A DNA stretch of 64,000 nucleotides from the human T2T-CHM13v2.0 reference genome, Homo sapiens, in NCBI RefSeq assembly GCF_009914755.1, contig NC_060943.1. One strand, written 5' to 3'. Positions 46,208-61,475 of the stretch are shown piece after piece. Both the position numbers and the translations under genes were made by a program. The stretch's first letter is position 1; each line of letters begins with the position of its first letter. Under the pieces are notes generated by a model. It worked only from the letters and a program-made list of their open reading frames with translations, was not told the DNA's origin and searched no databases.

Positions 46208-48038
46208 AGACGTTTTGCCCAGCCGTTTTCACAATGTGCCTGCTTCCCCAGTGCAAATCTCAAAGTCTTGCATGACCCTCTTTTTTACTTGCCTGTTCGT
46301 TGTCTGTGTCTTGCTACAGGCATGGAAACCCCGGGGAGGGCGGCTTGTGCCACCCTGTTTCCCCATCTCCCCACAGCACAGCACCTGGCATGCAAGAGGC
46401 CCACAGGAAATATCTGTGGCATCGACCCGTGAGCTCAGAGGAGAAGCACCTGGCCTGGAGGGGACAGGTGAGCGGGGTCGGATCTGCCAAGTGCAGGCCC
46501 CTGAGGCAAGAGCCAGAGGGAGGCGGAGGGAGGGCTTTCAGGGAATTGCAAGTGGACAGCATGTCTGGAGGACACTGTTGTGGCTTTGAAAGAACAGGGA
46601 CCTTGAAATGGTCATCGTAACCCAGGGTAGACTGATGAGGGATTTTCGGAGGCTGGGCTTTTATGCCCAAGAAAATAAGGAGGTGTTTTAAGCAAGGGAG
46701 TGACATGATCTGATTTGCCCTCTGGAAATATCACTGTGGCAGGGAGAGAGAAAGGAATGGAGGGGCAAGAATGGGAAGGGAAGGGGAACATGGCGAAGGG
46801 CTGTGCTCTTTAGAGCTTCCAGAAAAGAACAGGGGCTGAGATGCAGACTAAGACGACCCCTTGCTGCTAATTTCCCCTCCACCCTGCACCCCAAGAGCTA
46901 AGATTTCTGCCAGTCCTGGGGGAAGTCCTTCGAGGAGGGGGACAGGAAAAGCAGGAGACCAGACTGCCACAACAGGCAGGGGGCAGGCGCTGGCAGGCAG
47001 CACAGATGGGTTTCTGGAAGGACACTGGTGCTGGATACAGGGGGCTCCTAACCAAGCTGCCTGTGGGGAACAGAGACTGAGAGGAGCTACAGGGGATAGG
47101 ATAGAGGCAGAACTCGCATGCTTCCAGTCACTCTCCTCACTCACAGGGGAGCCCAGGGTCAGGGGAGGCCACAGGGCGGTCTCTGAGGACTGACACAAAT
47201 ACAGTATTTCTAGGAAAGAACCACTGAAAGATGAGTGTCCACTGATTTTCCTTTGTCAAAATCCAGTTTGGCAACGAAGCGGCTGCAAAGAGTGCCCCAG
47301 CCGGAACCCCCAGTATCCATGCCCAGTTCCCACCCTGGGGCACCCAGGTACGACTGGGGCTGGCGGATGCACAGGAACCCCCTCCTCCCCCTCCCACACT
47401 GGTGGCCAGGACCGGCCTTGTCCCCGACTCAGCTGCTGATGTGGGAACTCTCCTGGGACCCGGAGCAAGGGGCACGCTTTGAATCTTTACATGCCACAAG
47501 GAAGAAAATCAATTTCAATGCCCAAAGGAGGGAATTACTGCAGCAGAAGGTCACCAACCACTACAAGTTGTAGTATTGTCTTGGAGACTTGGACGGGGGG
47601 AAAATGCCTCCAAGTGAGGTAAGAGTGCTCTGAGGTCTGAAGCAAACCCTTCTCCCCAGGAATAATATGAGATGGTCCTGGGAGGGGGACAAGACCACAC
47701 AAAGGAAGAAATTTCTTTGTGTATGTACAACTGGGGTGAGATTCTGAATTCTGGTTCTGGCCACTTAGGCAAGGCCTCAACTGTAGCTGCAGAGCTCTGA
47801 CTCATGTTAAGTCTTGGAGGAATGGCTGATATTTTAACAGTATTGTCACAGTAGCAGCCACACCAGTGGCAATGGCCACTCCACTTAGGCATGGCAGACA
47901 CATTCCACAGCCCAGCCTCCAGGCCCTAGAGCTCCCCAGTTAATGCCAGGTTCCCTAAGCACTGATGCAAGGATGCTAGATGTTGGATATTTATTTATGT
48001 TCCATCTGGCTCCCAAGATGAAACATAAATTAAAGCGC

Positions 48039-48138
48039 TGGCTCACACTTGTAATCTCAGCCCTTTGGGAGGCTGAGGCAGGAGGATGGCTTTAGGCCAG
48101 GAGTTAGAGAGCAACCTGGCCAAAAAAAATGAGAACTT
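48039..48138 (+). mobile_element. Alu left-arm fragment, probably a DNA-level copy of the AluJ at 49880
   Basis: Shares non-consensus TTTAGGCC and GTTAGAGAGCA with 49892-49989; no proper tail or TSD. Confidence 0.8.
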
Positions 48139-48884
48139 TAGATGTCACTTATTCCATCTCTGCTCCATTACAGCAAAGATGGAAAGACCCTACCCATGCC
48201 CAGGTACCTTGTCTTTCCTTGGGGCCAGTGCAGCGGAGCCCAGTCAAAGCAAAGGTCAAATGACAGGTCCATTAGGCTGGACATTTACAATCCCATTTCT
48301 GGGTGTATAGACTATAAGGCAGCTGGGACCCACCTTCTTATCCAGGCAATGCAAAGATGAGCAGAGGGTCACTCAATGTCCTGGGATTCAAGAGAAAAAA
48401 GATGTTGCAGGTTCAGGGAAGCCGCTACTTCCTGGACTTTCTGCATTAAGTCCAAAGCCCTTATGGATGGTAAAAGGCAGTGCCTCAGCCTTGTTTCCAG
48501 ATCTTCAAAGTTAGAGAAACCCGTGGCGTGAACTGTATTGGCCCCAGCCAAAGGGCCATGAAAGCAACAGTGTTTCTGGAATGAAAACACCTCCATCTTG
48601 AGAAAGTGGGGGCCGAGGCAGGCAAGCAGAGAGCAGGGTGCGTGGGAGACATTCTCAGTGGCTGTCCTGTTCATGACACCTTTCACCAGAGGCTTTAGAG
48701 GGGCAACATCTGTGTGCCAGTGCCCCTCTTTACAGAGGTTCCAGCTGGTGACCGAAATAGCCAGGAGGGGGCTATGGAGGGGCCAGGCAGGAAGTGGGGA
48801 AGAGCGGTTCCACGCAGCAACTGCCTGGAAACCACACCCTAGTGCTGCTCACAGGCTGAGGAGAATTAAAATAAAATTAAAAGC

Positions 48885-51470
<2,586 letters not shown>

Positions 51471-52374
51471 TTAAAAGGGCGTTTTTAAAAACTGGTGGCA
51501 AGAAACTTCTTCTCAAAATGGATGTGCCCTTTTTCAGCAAACGTGACAAGCAGACCCTGACTGTTCCATTTAAGAGACACAGGTCAAGCACCTGGGAGAA
51601 GTCTCTGCTGGCAGCCTAGGCGAATCTAGGCTGAGACCCCCACCAAGTTCTGCCTTCCAGGGACAACTCCAGAGCAAAGTAGGAGCAGAGAAAAATCCCA
51701 GCTGGAGCTTGGGGCTTTCATGGAGGAGGCAGGGTTTAAATTGGGTCCTGAGGAGTGGGTAGGATCCAGGGCTGTGGACGTGGGGGAGGCGGGAGTACAT
51801 GCATGCACACACAAGGCTGATTCTGAAATAGGGAGAGGCCAGTGGGCAGCCGTGTAAGAGGACAGACCACACATGCTGACGGGAAACTGCAAGGGTCTGG
51901 TCGGCACAGCCCCCGAGAATCCTGTGGTGACTCATTTGGGAGCCAGATGGAACATAAATAAATATCCAACATCTAGCCTACTTAGATCAACGAGTACAAG
52001 AGGCGTAGGGAAGGCCTTTTTACCAAATGCTGTGAATAGCCCATCAGAAAGAAAAACATCAAGGAGAGGACGCAATGACCCCGTCAGCTGACACTGATGG
52101 TGTGTCTACCATGTGCTCTTTGCAAACCCTGGATATATAATGACACATCTAATCCACCCACAAGTCCATAAGGGACTTTCATTACCCTCATTCTGCAAGT
52201 GAGAAAATAGAGGCACAGAGAGATTGTGTTACATGTCCAGGATCACATGGAGGGTATGTAGGATTCAAATCCAGGCATTCCAACTCTGAGCACACCCTCT
52301 AAACTATATGCTGAGCTACTGCTTGGGTCCAAGTAATTATGACTGCAGAGAGAGCCCAAGGTATACTTTTCCAA

Positions 52375-52671
<297 letters not shown>

Positions 52672-54210
52672 ATTTTTTTTTCTTCACCCATGTGTCAGCA
52701 TTATGCCACCGGCCCACCACAGCCTCCCGGTGTTTCTCCAGTTGCAATTCACACCTGTGCAGCCTTGTTCAGCAGGCATGTGTGCACACAGGTACACAAG
52801 AGCACACATGCCCCAAGGGCATCCTTTGCCCCCAAGGAAGCCAAGGGACTCCACTGAGTTAAATGACACAGAAGAATCACAACAGACTGGTTCTTAAAAG
52901 TAATAAGCCTTTTCCAAAAGAGGCCAGGCTTTACAAGCAGCAGTGGGAGCCAAATGACGTCTAAGCAGAACAGCCAATAAATTAATTTCATGTGGAAAAA
53001 AAACAGGTTGGCCCAGGGATAATAAAGATCCCGTCAACATGAAGATCTCATTACGACACAGACTTCCCTGGCAAGGGTCGAGTCTGCTGAAGCTGTTTTG
53101 GATTCAAGCTTCACCAGGGTCCCCTGTGCCTAACAAAGATTCCACACCAAATGCAGAAAAGATGGACCTGTCTAGACATCCCCTCACATAAACCCCACAG
53201 CATCCTCGTCAGCTACACAGAAGTGGAACCGTGTAAAGTTTCCCTTACCATGGCTGCCAGCAGCCAGGACAACTGGGGGGAAAAGGCAAACACAGCTGTT
53301 GACTCAGGAATAGCATTCAGGCTTTAGGTAGGAATTGTTATTGAACTTCTAGAAGATTCTGAGGACTTGGTGGAAATGAAAGGGGAAATTTTTTTTGTAG
53401 AGCCAGCAATCCCCTTGGAGAAGTAGAGGCACATCAGTGACTCATGGATGAAATTGCAGACTATTCCAAATCACAATTTGCAGTCATTCAGCCAGAGCTG
53501 AGCTCGAGTCTCTCTTTGGCATGGCTGGAAAACAAAAGGGCTCAGTCAGATCATGGTTAACGTAAAGACAGAAAGGGGATGGAGATCAAACTAATCTCAT
53601 TCATAAAAATAATATCCATTCAGTGTTCATGAACATCTACTCAGCACCTCCGGGGAGGCACTTGCTAGGAGCTGGTGCACAGTAGTGGGTGTAGTAGGTG
53701 TGTGACCTCATGAAGCTTCCACTGCAGAACCCAGACATTGCACACAAGGAAACAGCGCTGACTCCAGACTGTGGCTGCACGCTGCCCACTTCCACTGTGC
53801 TCCTGCACTGCTCTCGTGGGCTGACGGCCACAGGCTTCAGCTGCCTGTGGATCACAGCCCAAGGCCTTTTCACTTGCTGCTCTCTGCCTCCCTCAGAAAG
53901 GCTGCTTGTTCTCATATGTGCGTTCTCGGCTCCTCTGCAGGGACCCACCCCAACCAACTGTGAATTCCCACCCTCCCTTTCCTCCCCCACCCGCTGACAC
54001 TATTTACCCCATGTATTTTCTTCATATAACATAGTAAGGTCTCGTGCACTTATTTTTCCTATCTGTCTCTTGAGCTAGATTGTCAGCAGCTGGTGGGCAG
54101 GAACTTTATCTGTCTTGCAAACCAATATCTGCCTGGTGAACACAGGGTGCCCGGCACATGGTCGGCATCCAGAAGATTTTTTTTAAACTATGAATGAAAA
54201 ACAAAGGTCA

Positions 54211-55093
54211 TTATGAGATATCCCATGAGGTATGGGGCTAATAAGCTTATGAGGTATCCCATGAGATAGGGGCTAAATAGGTTATGAGATAGCTCATGAG
54301 ATAGGAACCAATAAGGTTATGAGCTAACCCATGAGGTAGGGGCCAAGAAAGTCGGGAGACAGCCCATGAGATAGGGTCTAATAAGGTTATGAGATAGCCC
54401 ATGAGATAGGGGCTAAATAGGTTCTGAGACAGCCCATAAGGTAGAGACCAATAAGGTTAAGAGACAGCCCATGGGGTAGGGACTAATAAGGATATGAGAT
54501 AGCCCATGAGATAGGGTCTAAATAGATTATAAGATATCCCATGAGATAGGAACCAATAAGGTTATAAGCTAACCCATGAGGTAGGGGCCAAGAAAGTTGT
54601 GAGACAGCCCATGAGACAGGGTCTAATAAGGTTATGAGATAGCCCATGAGATAAGGGCTAAATAGGTTATGAGATACCCCATGAGGTAGGAACCAATAAG
54701 GTTATGAGATAGCCCATGAGATAGGGGCTAAATAGGTTATGAGATAGCCCATGAGGTAGGGGCCAAGACAATTGTGAGATAGCCCAAGAGACAGAGTCTA
54801 ATAAGGTTATGAGATAGCCCATGAGATAGGGGCTAAATAGGTTATAAGATAACCCATGAGGTAGGGACCAATAAGGTTATGAGCTAGCCCATGGGGTAGG
54901 GGCTAATAAAGTTATAAGACAGCCCATGAGATAGGGGCTAAATAGATTATGAGATACCTCATGAGGTAGGGGCCAATAAGGTTATGAGAAAGCCCAGTAG
55001 GTAGGGCCCAATAAGGTTATAGATAGGGGCTAATAGAGTTACGAGATAGCCCATGAGTTAGGGGCTAATAAGGTTATGAGATAGCCCATGAGA
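54211..55093. repeat. 35-bp VNTR, about 25 copies
   Basis: Consensus TTATGAGATAGCCCATGAGATAGGGGCTAAATAGG. Confidence 0.98.
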
Positions 55094-55900
55094 GAGGGAG
55101 GCCTGATCTAAATGTGTGGCTGGGGAGGCCCTCCCTGAGTGGTGACATTTATGCCAAGATGAGAAGGAGAATGGGGCTCACCAGGTGCATGTTGAATAAG
55201 CTCTCTAGGCAAAGGAGAAAGCACATTCAAAGCTTCCAAGGCTGGAAAAGCCTTGTGCTGTGGGAATTTACGGAAAGACATCAGGGCTAAAATAGGATAT
55301 GTGGCCAGAGAGGACAGCAGGGACATGTGAAGGGGTCCTAAGCCTATTACAGATGTAGCAGGAAGTCCCTGAGGACTTGAAGCAGATGCAGGTCATCGTC
55401 CAGTTTATATTTGTAAGGATCTTCTGGGCCAGACACAGTGGCTCTCATCTATAACCCCAGCACTCTGGGAGGCCGAGGTGGGCAGAATGCTTGAGGCCAG
55501 GAGTTCAATACCAGACTGGGCTACATAATGAGACCCCATCTCTCCAAAAAAGTATATAAAAATTAGCTAGAGATGGTGGTATACACCTGTGGTCCAAGCT
55601 ACTCAGAAGGCTGAGGTGAGAGGATGGCTTGAGCCCAGGAGACTGAGGCTACAGTGAGCTGTGATCACACCACTGCATTTCAGCCTGGGAGACAGAGTGA
55701 GAACATTTCTCAAAAAAAAAAAAAAATCATTCTGGCTATTTGGTAGAGAACAGATTATAAAGGGACAAGAGTAGAGGCAAGAAGACAAAAATTAGAAACT
55801 GCAGCATTATGCAAGTGAGAAATAATTGGGGCGGGGTGTTAGCGAGATGAAGGGTGAAAATGGAGGGAAGTGCATGCATGAGGGTGTCTCCTAAAGTTGG
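55094..55900. mobile_element. L2 fragment containing an AluJ (55427-55725, plus strand)
   Basis: GGAGGCCCTCCCTGAGTGGTGACATTT and purine-rich L2-type sequence. Confidence 0.7.
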
Positions 55901-55946
55901 CCTTGCAGGCTAGATGAGCTAACAAGGGTTAGGAACTACAACCAAA

Positions 55947-56309
<363 letters not shown>

Positions 56310-56819
56310 TCATATATCTATCTGATAAGGGTCTTGTATCCAGAATATAGAAATAACTCTTACAACTCAACAATAAAAAGACAAAAAACCCAATTTTAAA
56401 ATGAGCAAAGGATGCAAATAGACATTTCTCCAAGAAGTTATACAAATGGCCAACAAGCAAATAAAAAACGTCCAATGACTGGTCATGAGGGAAATGCAAA
56501 GCAAAATCATAATGATGCCCATGGGATGGCAATCAGCAAAAAATGTAAACAGAAAATAACACGTGTCAGTGGGGATGTGGAGAGGAACCCTCATTCATTG
56601 CTGGTGGGCAGGTAAAATGGCACAGCCACAGTGGCAAAAGTTAAACATAGAATTACTTTGTGACTCCGCAAATTCAGTCCTAGGTATATGCCCCAAAGAA
56701 CTGAAAACAGGTACTCAGACAAATACATGTACACCCCTGATACCACAGCACTTTCACAATAACTGAGAGATGGATGTACCCCAGGGCTCTATCAATATTA
56801 GATTAACGGATAGGTACAC

Positions 56820-57585
56820 TGTGTTATATATTACCTATAATACATAGGTAATATATGTATCATAAGTAATATATTATACATATAATACATATATTATATA
56901 TACACCTATGTATATATTATATACATATATAATATTACATGCATAAACATATTGTGTAAAATATACATATTATATATTACATACATATATGTATATTTAT
57001 ACATATATATGTATACATTATGTTTGTGTACACATATATGTATATATTATATGTGTATATTATATATTATACATAATATATGTATTATTGATATATAACA
57101 TTATATAACATGTTATATATAATATTTTTTATTTGTATAAAATATAATATGTAGGGTCTAATAAGTTTATGAGATGTTATATATGTTATATATAACATAC
57201 ATAACATGTTATATGTTATATATAATGTTACATGTTATATATACTGTTATATATCTATAACACATATATACATATATAACATTATATATAAAATGTCATA
57301 TGTTATATATATCTGTAATACACATATAACATAAAATATACAAATAGTATATCTGCATTATATATTATATACATATATACATATATGATATTATATGTCA
57401 TATTTATTTCATTTTTATATTTTTATTATACTCTATTTGTATATTATAAATATATATTATACTTATATTTATTTTTATTGTTATATTATTTATTGTATTT
57501 ATATATTATATACATATGTATATTATATATGTATATAAAATATATATAACACAATTTACTTTTCCATATATGTATGTTATAATAT
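56820..57585. repeat. AT-rich (TA)n-derived low-complexity tract, about 760 bp
   Basis: Seen directly. Confidence 0.97.
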
Positions 57586-57924
57586 AGTGGTCCCCAGCTT
57601 TTTCAGCACCAGGGACCTGTTTCATGGAAGACAGCTTTTCCATGGACACTGAAGGTGGAGGCGGATGGTTTGGGGATGAAACTGTGCCAACCCTGATCAT
57701 CAGACACTAGTTAGATGCTGATAAAGAACATGAGACCTAGATCCCTCGCGGGCTCAGTTCACAATAGCGTTAGCGCTCCTATGATAATCTAATGCTGCTG
57801 CTGATCTAACAGGAGGCTGAGCTCAGGCGGTAGTGCTTGCTCACCCACCGCTTACTTCCTGTTGTGGGGCCGGTTCTTAACAGGCCATGGTGCTGGTCCA
57901 TGGCCCCGGGGCTTGGGGACTCCA
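57585..57924 (+). mobile_element. MER1B hAT-Charlie element
   Basis: TIR-like GTGGTCCCCAGC...GCTTGGGGACTCC; TTTCATGGAAGACA and CTAATGCTGCTGCTGATCT motifs. Confidence 0.92.
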
Positions 57925-58903
57925 ATATAATTGTGTTATATTTTTCAGCCATAAAAAAATGAAGTACTGATACATGGTACAGCTTCAATAACATTATGTT
58001 CAATGAAAGAAGTCAGACATAAAGGTCACATATTGTCATTCCGTTCATATGAGATATCTGGAATAGGTAAATCCACAGAGACAGAACTCAGATTGGCAGT
58101 TGCCAGGGGCTTGCTGGAGGGGGAAATGGGGAGTGGCTGCTTAATGAACGTGGGCTTTTATTTTGGTGTGTGGGAATGTTTTGGAGCTACATGGAGGTGA
58201 TGGTCGTACAACTCTGTAAATGTACTACATGACACCGAATTGTTCATTTTAAAATGGTTCATTTTATGCTATGTGAAATATACCTCAATCAATTCATTTA
58301 AAAAAAAAAAAGAATAACAGCCAGGTTTGGGGATTGAACAATAGGGTAGAAACAAGTGCCATCCTTGGAGGTGGGGAAGGCTGAGGGAAGGTATGTTTGG
58401 GGGAAGCTGAAGAGTTTCAGTGTTGGACATGTGACATTGGGATGCCCTTAGGTATGAAAGGAGTTCCCAGGGAAGTAGTTGGATTTGGAATCTCAGAGCT
58501 CAGATAGGAGATCTTAGCTGTAGATAAGATATTTACAACTGCTTATATATAAAAGCATTTTCGAAGCAAGGAGAGGAATGAGAACAAGCGAGACAGTAGT
58601 GTAAAAGAAAATCCAATATTAAGTTCCAGAGAAAGTCACATGAAGACCAACCAGCAAGTGAGGCTCTAAAAGACAGAGGTGTAGAGGAACCTTGTGGGAA
58701 GACAGTGGTGCAGGTATCATGGCAGTGAGGAGGAGAGAGTGCTTTAAAGAAGAGAGGTCAGCTGTGTGTGCTGATGCAGAGAGACAGAGACTAGAAGATA
58801 ACAGCTCCAAGTGTCCATATGTGACAACATGGAGGTCCCAGGGGCTGAGAATGGCAACAAGGAAGAGAAGCCAGCCTCTACCAGCTAACAAAAGAGAGTG
58901 GGA

Positions 58904-59266
58904 CATGGGTTCATATCTTTGCAGGGAAATGGACAAAGCTGGAAGCCATCATCCTCAGCAAACTAACGCAGGAACAAAAACCCAGACATTGCATGTTCTT
59001 ACTCATAAGTGGGAACTGAACAATGAGAACACGTGGACACAGAGAGGGGAACATCACACACTGGGGACTGTTGGGGGGTGGGGGGCAAGAGGACGGAAAG
59101 CATTAGGACAAATACCTAATGCATGCGGGGCTTAAAACCTAGATGACGGGTTGACAGGTGCAGCAAACCACTATGGTACATGTATACCTATGTAACAAAC
59201 TTGCATGTTCTGCGCATTTATCCCAGAACTTAAAGTAAAATTTAAAAAAAAGAAAAAGTTTTCTTT
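58904..59266 (+). mobile_element. 5'-truncated L1PA 3' end
   Basis: CATTAGGACAAATACCTAATGCATGCGGGGCTTAAAACCTAGATG; TSD AAAAGAG(A/G)G(T/C)GGGA at 58890-58903 and 59267-59280. Confidence 0.95.
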
Positions 59267-59444
59267 AAAAGAGGGCGGGAAGTAAAAGTATGAAGAAAGC
59301 ATGGCAGACAATTCTCTTGTAAGCTTTGGTAAGCTTCCACTCCTTTTTAGGGAATTTAAAAAATAAGAAAATGATTGGGGGAAGACGTGAGGTCAAAAAT
59401 GTCCCAGTTAAAAGATGGGAGATATTAAACTTATTTAGAAACTA

Positions 59445-59762
<318 letters not shown>

Positions 59763-60209
59763 AAACTAATCTGGACCATGGAGCTGGGAAATGCAGGAGA
59801 GGGGAGCTAAGTGAATGTGAACAGAGTCCTTGAGACGTTTTGAGGGGAGGGAGCCAGGGAACTACAGGGAGGGGAAGAAAAGAGACAGGAAGGGTTACCC
59901 GAGCAGGGAGCTTTCTAGAGGACTGGAGGGAGGAAGGTGAAGGCATTTGTGACCTGTGGCTTTCATCTCTTCAATGAAGGACAAAACAAGGTCACCCGCT
60001 TGTGTAGGCCAGTGTAGCCCAGGTGGTTTGAGGAGGGCGGACAAGACATGAGCCGGAAATGAAGAGAGCCGGCAAGCGTGATGGCGACAGAAACAGCTGC
60101 ATTCTATTGGCGACTTTCTTTTGATATGTCCTCTATCATAGGTGATCTCCACCATAACCCCAGAAAGTGGAAGGAGAAAGGAGGCAGCTCTGGGGGGTGG
60201 GGAGGACAG

Positions 60210-60480
60210 AAGACCACACCCTTCACTTCCTTCAAGTCTTTGTTCAAATGCCACTTTTTCAATGAAGTTCATGTTGACCACTCAATTTTAATTTGCACAC
60301 CATCACACTGCACTCTAGCTCCTAGTCCCTCCCACCCTGCCTCTTTTAAATAGCACTTACACCTTCCAATATGCTGTGTAATTTATCATTTAGCTTGCTG
60401 ATGTATCCCAAGTGCTTGAACATGGTAGGTACTCAATAAATAGCTGCTGAAGAATGAATAAATGGACAAATGAATGAAGT
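60210..60480. mobile_element. L2 3' end
   Basis: CTTCAAGTCTTTGTTCAAATGCCACTTT and GTAGGTACTCAATAAATA...GAATGAATAAATG terminus. Confidence 0.8.
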
Positions 60481-60924
60481 AGCTTCTTTAAGTTCTCTGA
60501 GAGCTTCTATCTTTGTTACTTTTATCTGGTGGGTGTCAGTCTAATCATGAAGGAGGTCCCAAAACTCTTTCTGACCACACAGCCCTATCAGTGTAAAATT
60601 TGGCCATGTCCCCCCAAAATTTGGCCATGGGTATTTATTCATACACAAATAATTTGGTCATATTTTATTTGGTTAATTACATATGTTGTTACTGTATAAT
60701 AATACATCACGTGTATTTTTACCTGAAAGTTTTTTAATTGAACATAAAGTAAAAATAACTAATAGATTGTTTTTCTTTGTATACCAAAGTGGAGCAGCTT
60801 CTTGTAGACATAAGACACTACCCTAAATAATAACTGAGTATGTATGATGTGATAAGCACATTCACATATGACAGCACAATAGCCGCCCCCCACCCCTCCA
60901 CCACCCATATCTTTACTAGGTCTA

Positions 60925-61060
60925 TTTGTATTCCCACTTAGTGGCTGAGAAAACCGAGGCTTACATAAATGAAATAACTTGGTCTGTGTCCCAGTTAGTA
61001 AGTGGCAGAGCCAGAATTAAAAACTTAGGGGTGTCTGACCCCAAAACTCATGTGCTTCAG
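60925..61060. mobile_element. MIR
   Basis: GAGAAAACCGAGGCTT...AGTTAGTAAGTGGCAGAGCCAGAATT core. Other MIR pieces lie near 230-350, 30600-30760, 31280-31470, 52100-52310 and 62650-62790. Confidence 0.8.
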
Positions 61061-61350
61061 ATGTGGGACAGAGACTCCACCCTTGAGTCAATTATAGTTA
61101 AAGGGAGAAAAAGTGAGAATAAACTCACCATCTCACCCTTGTGGACACACCCTGCAATGCGTCCCCAAGCTCCGCATTCTGGAACAAGCCATTTGTCCAG
61201 TCCAGAGACTACATTAATACCCTGCAGAACCAGGGGCGCTTACATGGGTCCTCCGTGCCCATGGAGGCACCAGAACCTAAAAATGTTCAAGAAATGGACA
61301 GCAGAAGATATCAAAATAACAATGAATTGTGCCAAACTCATCTATTTCCA

Positions 61351-61475
61351 AGGTGACCTTATGTCCCAGTTTGACAGGGACAGCCCCCATTTAATTATCA
61401 ATACACACCCTTTCACTCTCAAAATTATCACTCCCAAAAATGTCCCAGTTTGGATGATAAATTATATGGCCACCC
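61351..61475 (+). mobile_element. MER94 hAT-Blackjack MITE
   Basis: GGTGACCTTATGTCCCAGTTTG...CCCTTTCACTCTCAAAA...GATAAATTATATGGCCACCC. Confidence 0.88.

Noticed and set aside
54211-55093. 35-bp periodic array as CRISPR-like
   Set aside because: Head-to-tail units with no unique spacers, in a primate genome; it is a minisatellite
57602-57620. REST/RE1-like TTCAGCACCAGGGAC in MER1B
   Set aside because: The right half-site is incomplete (GGACCTG instead of GGACAGC); likely drift from the MER1B consensus
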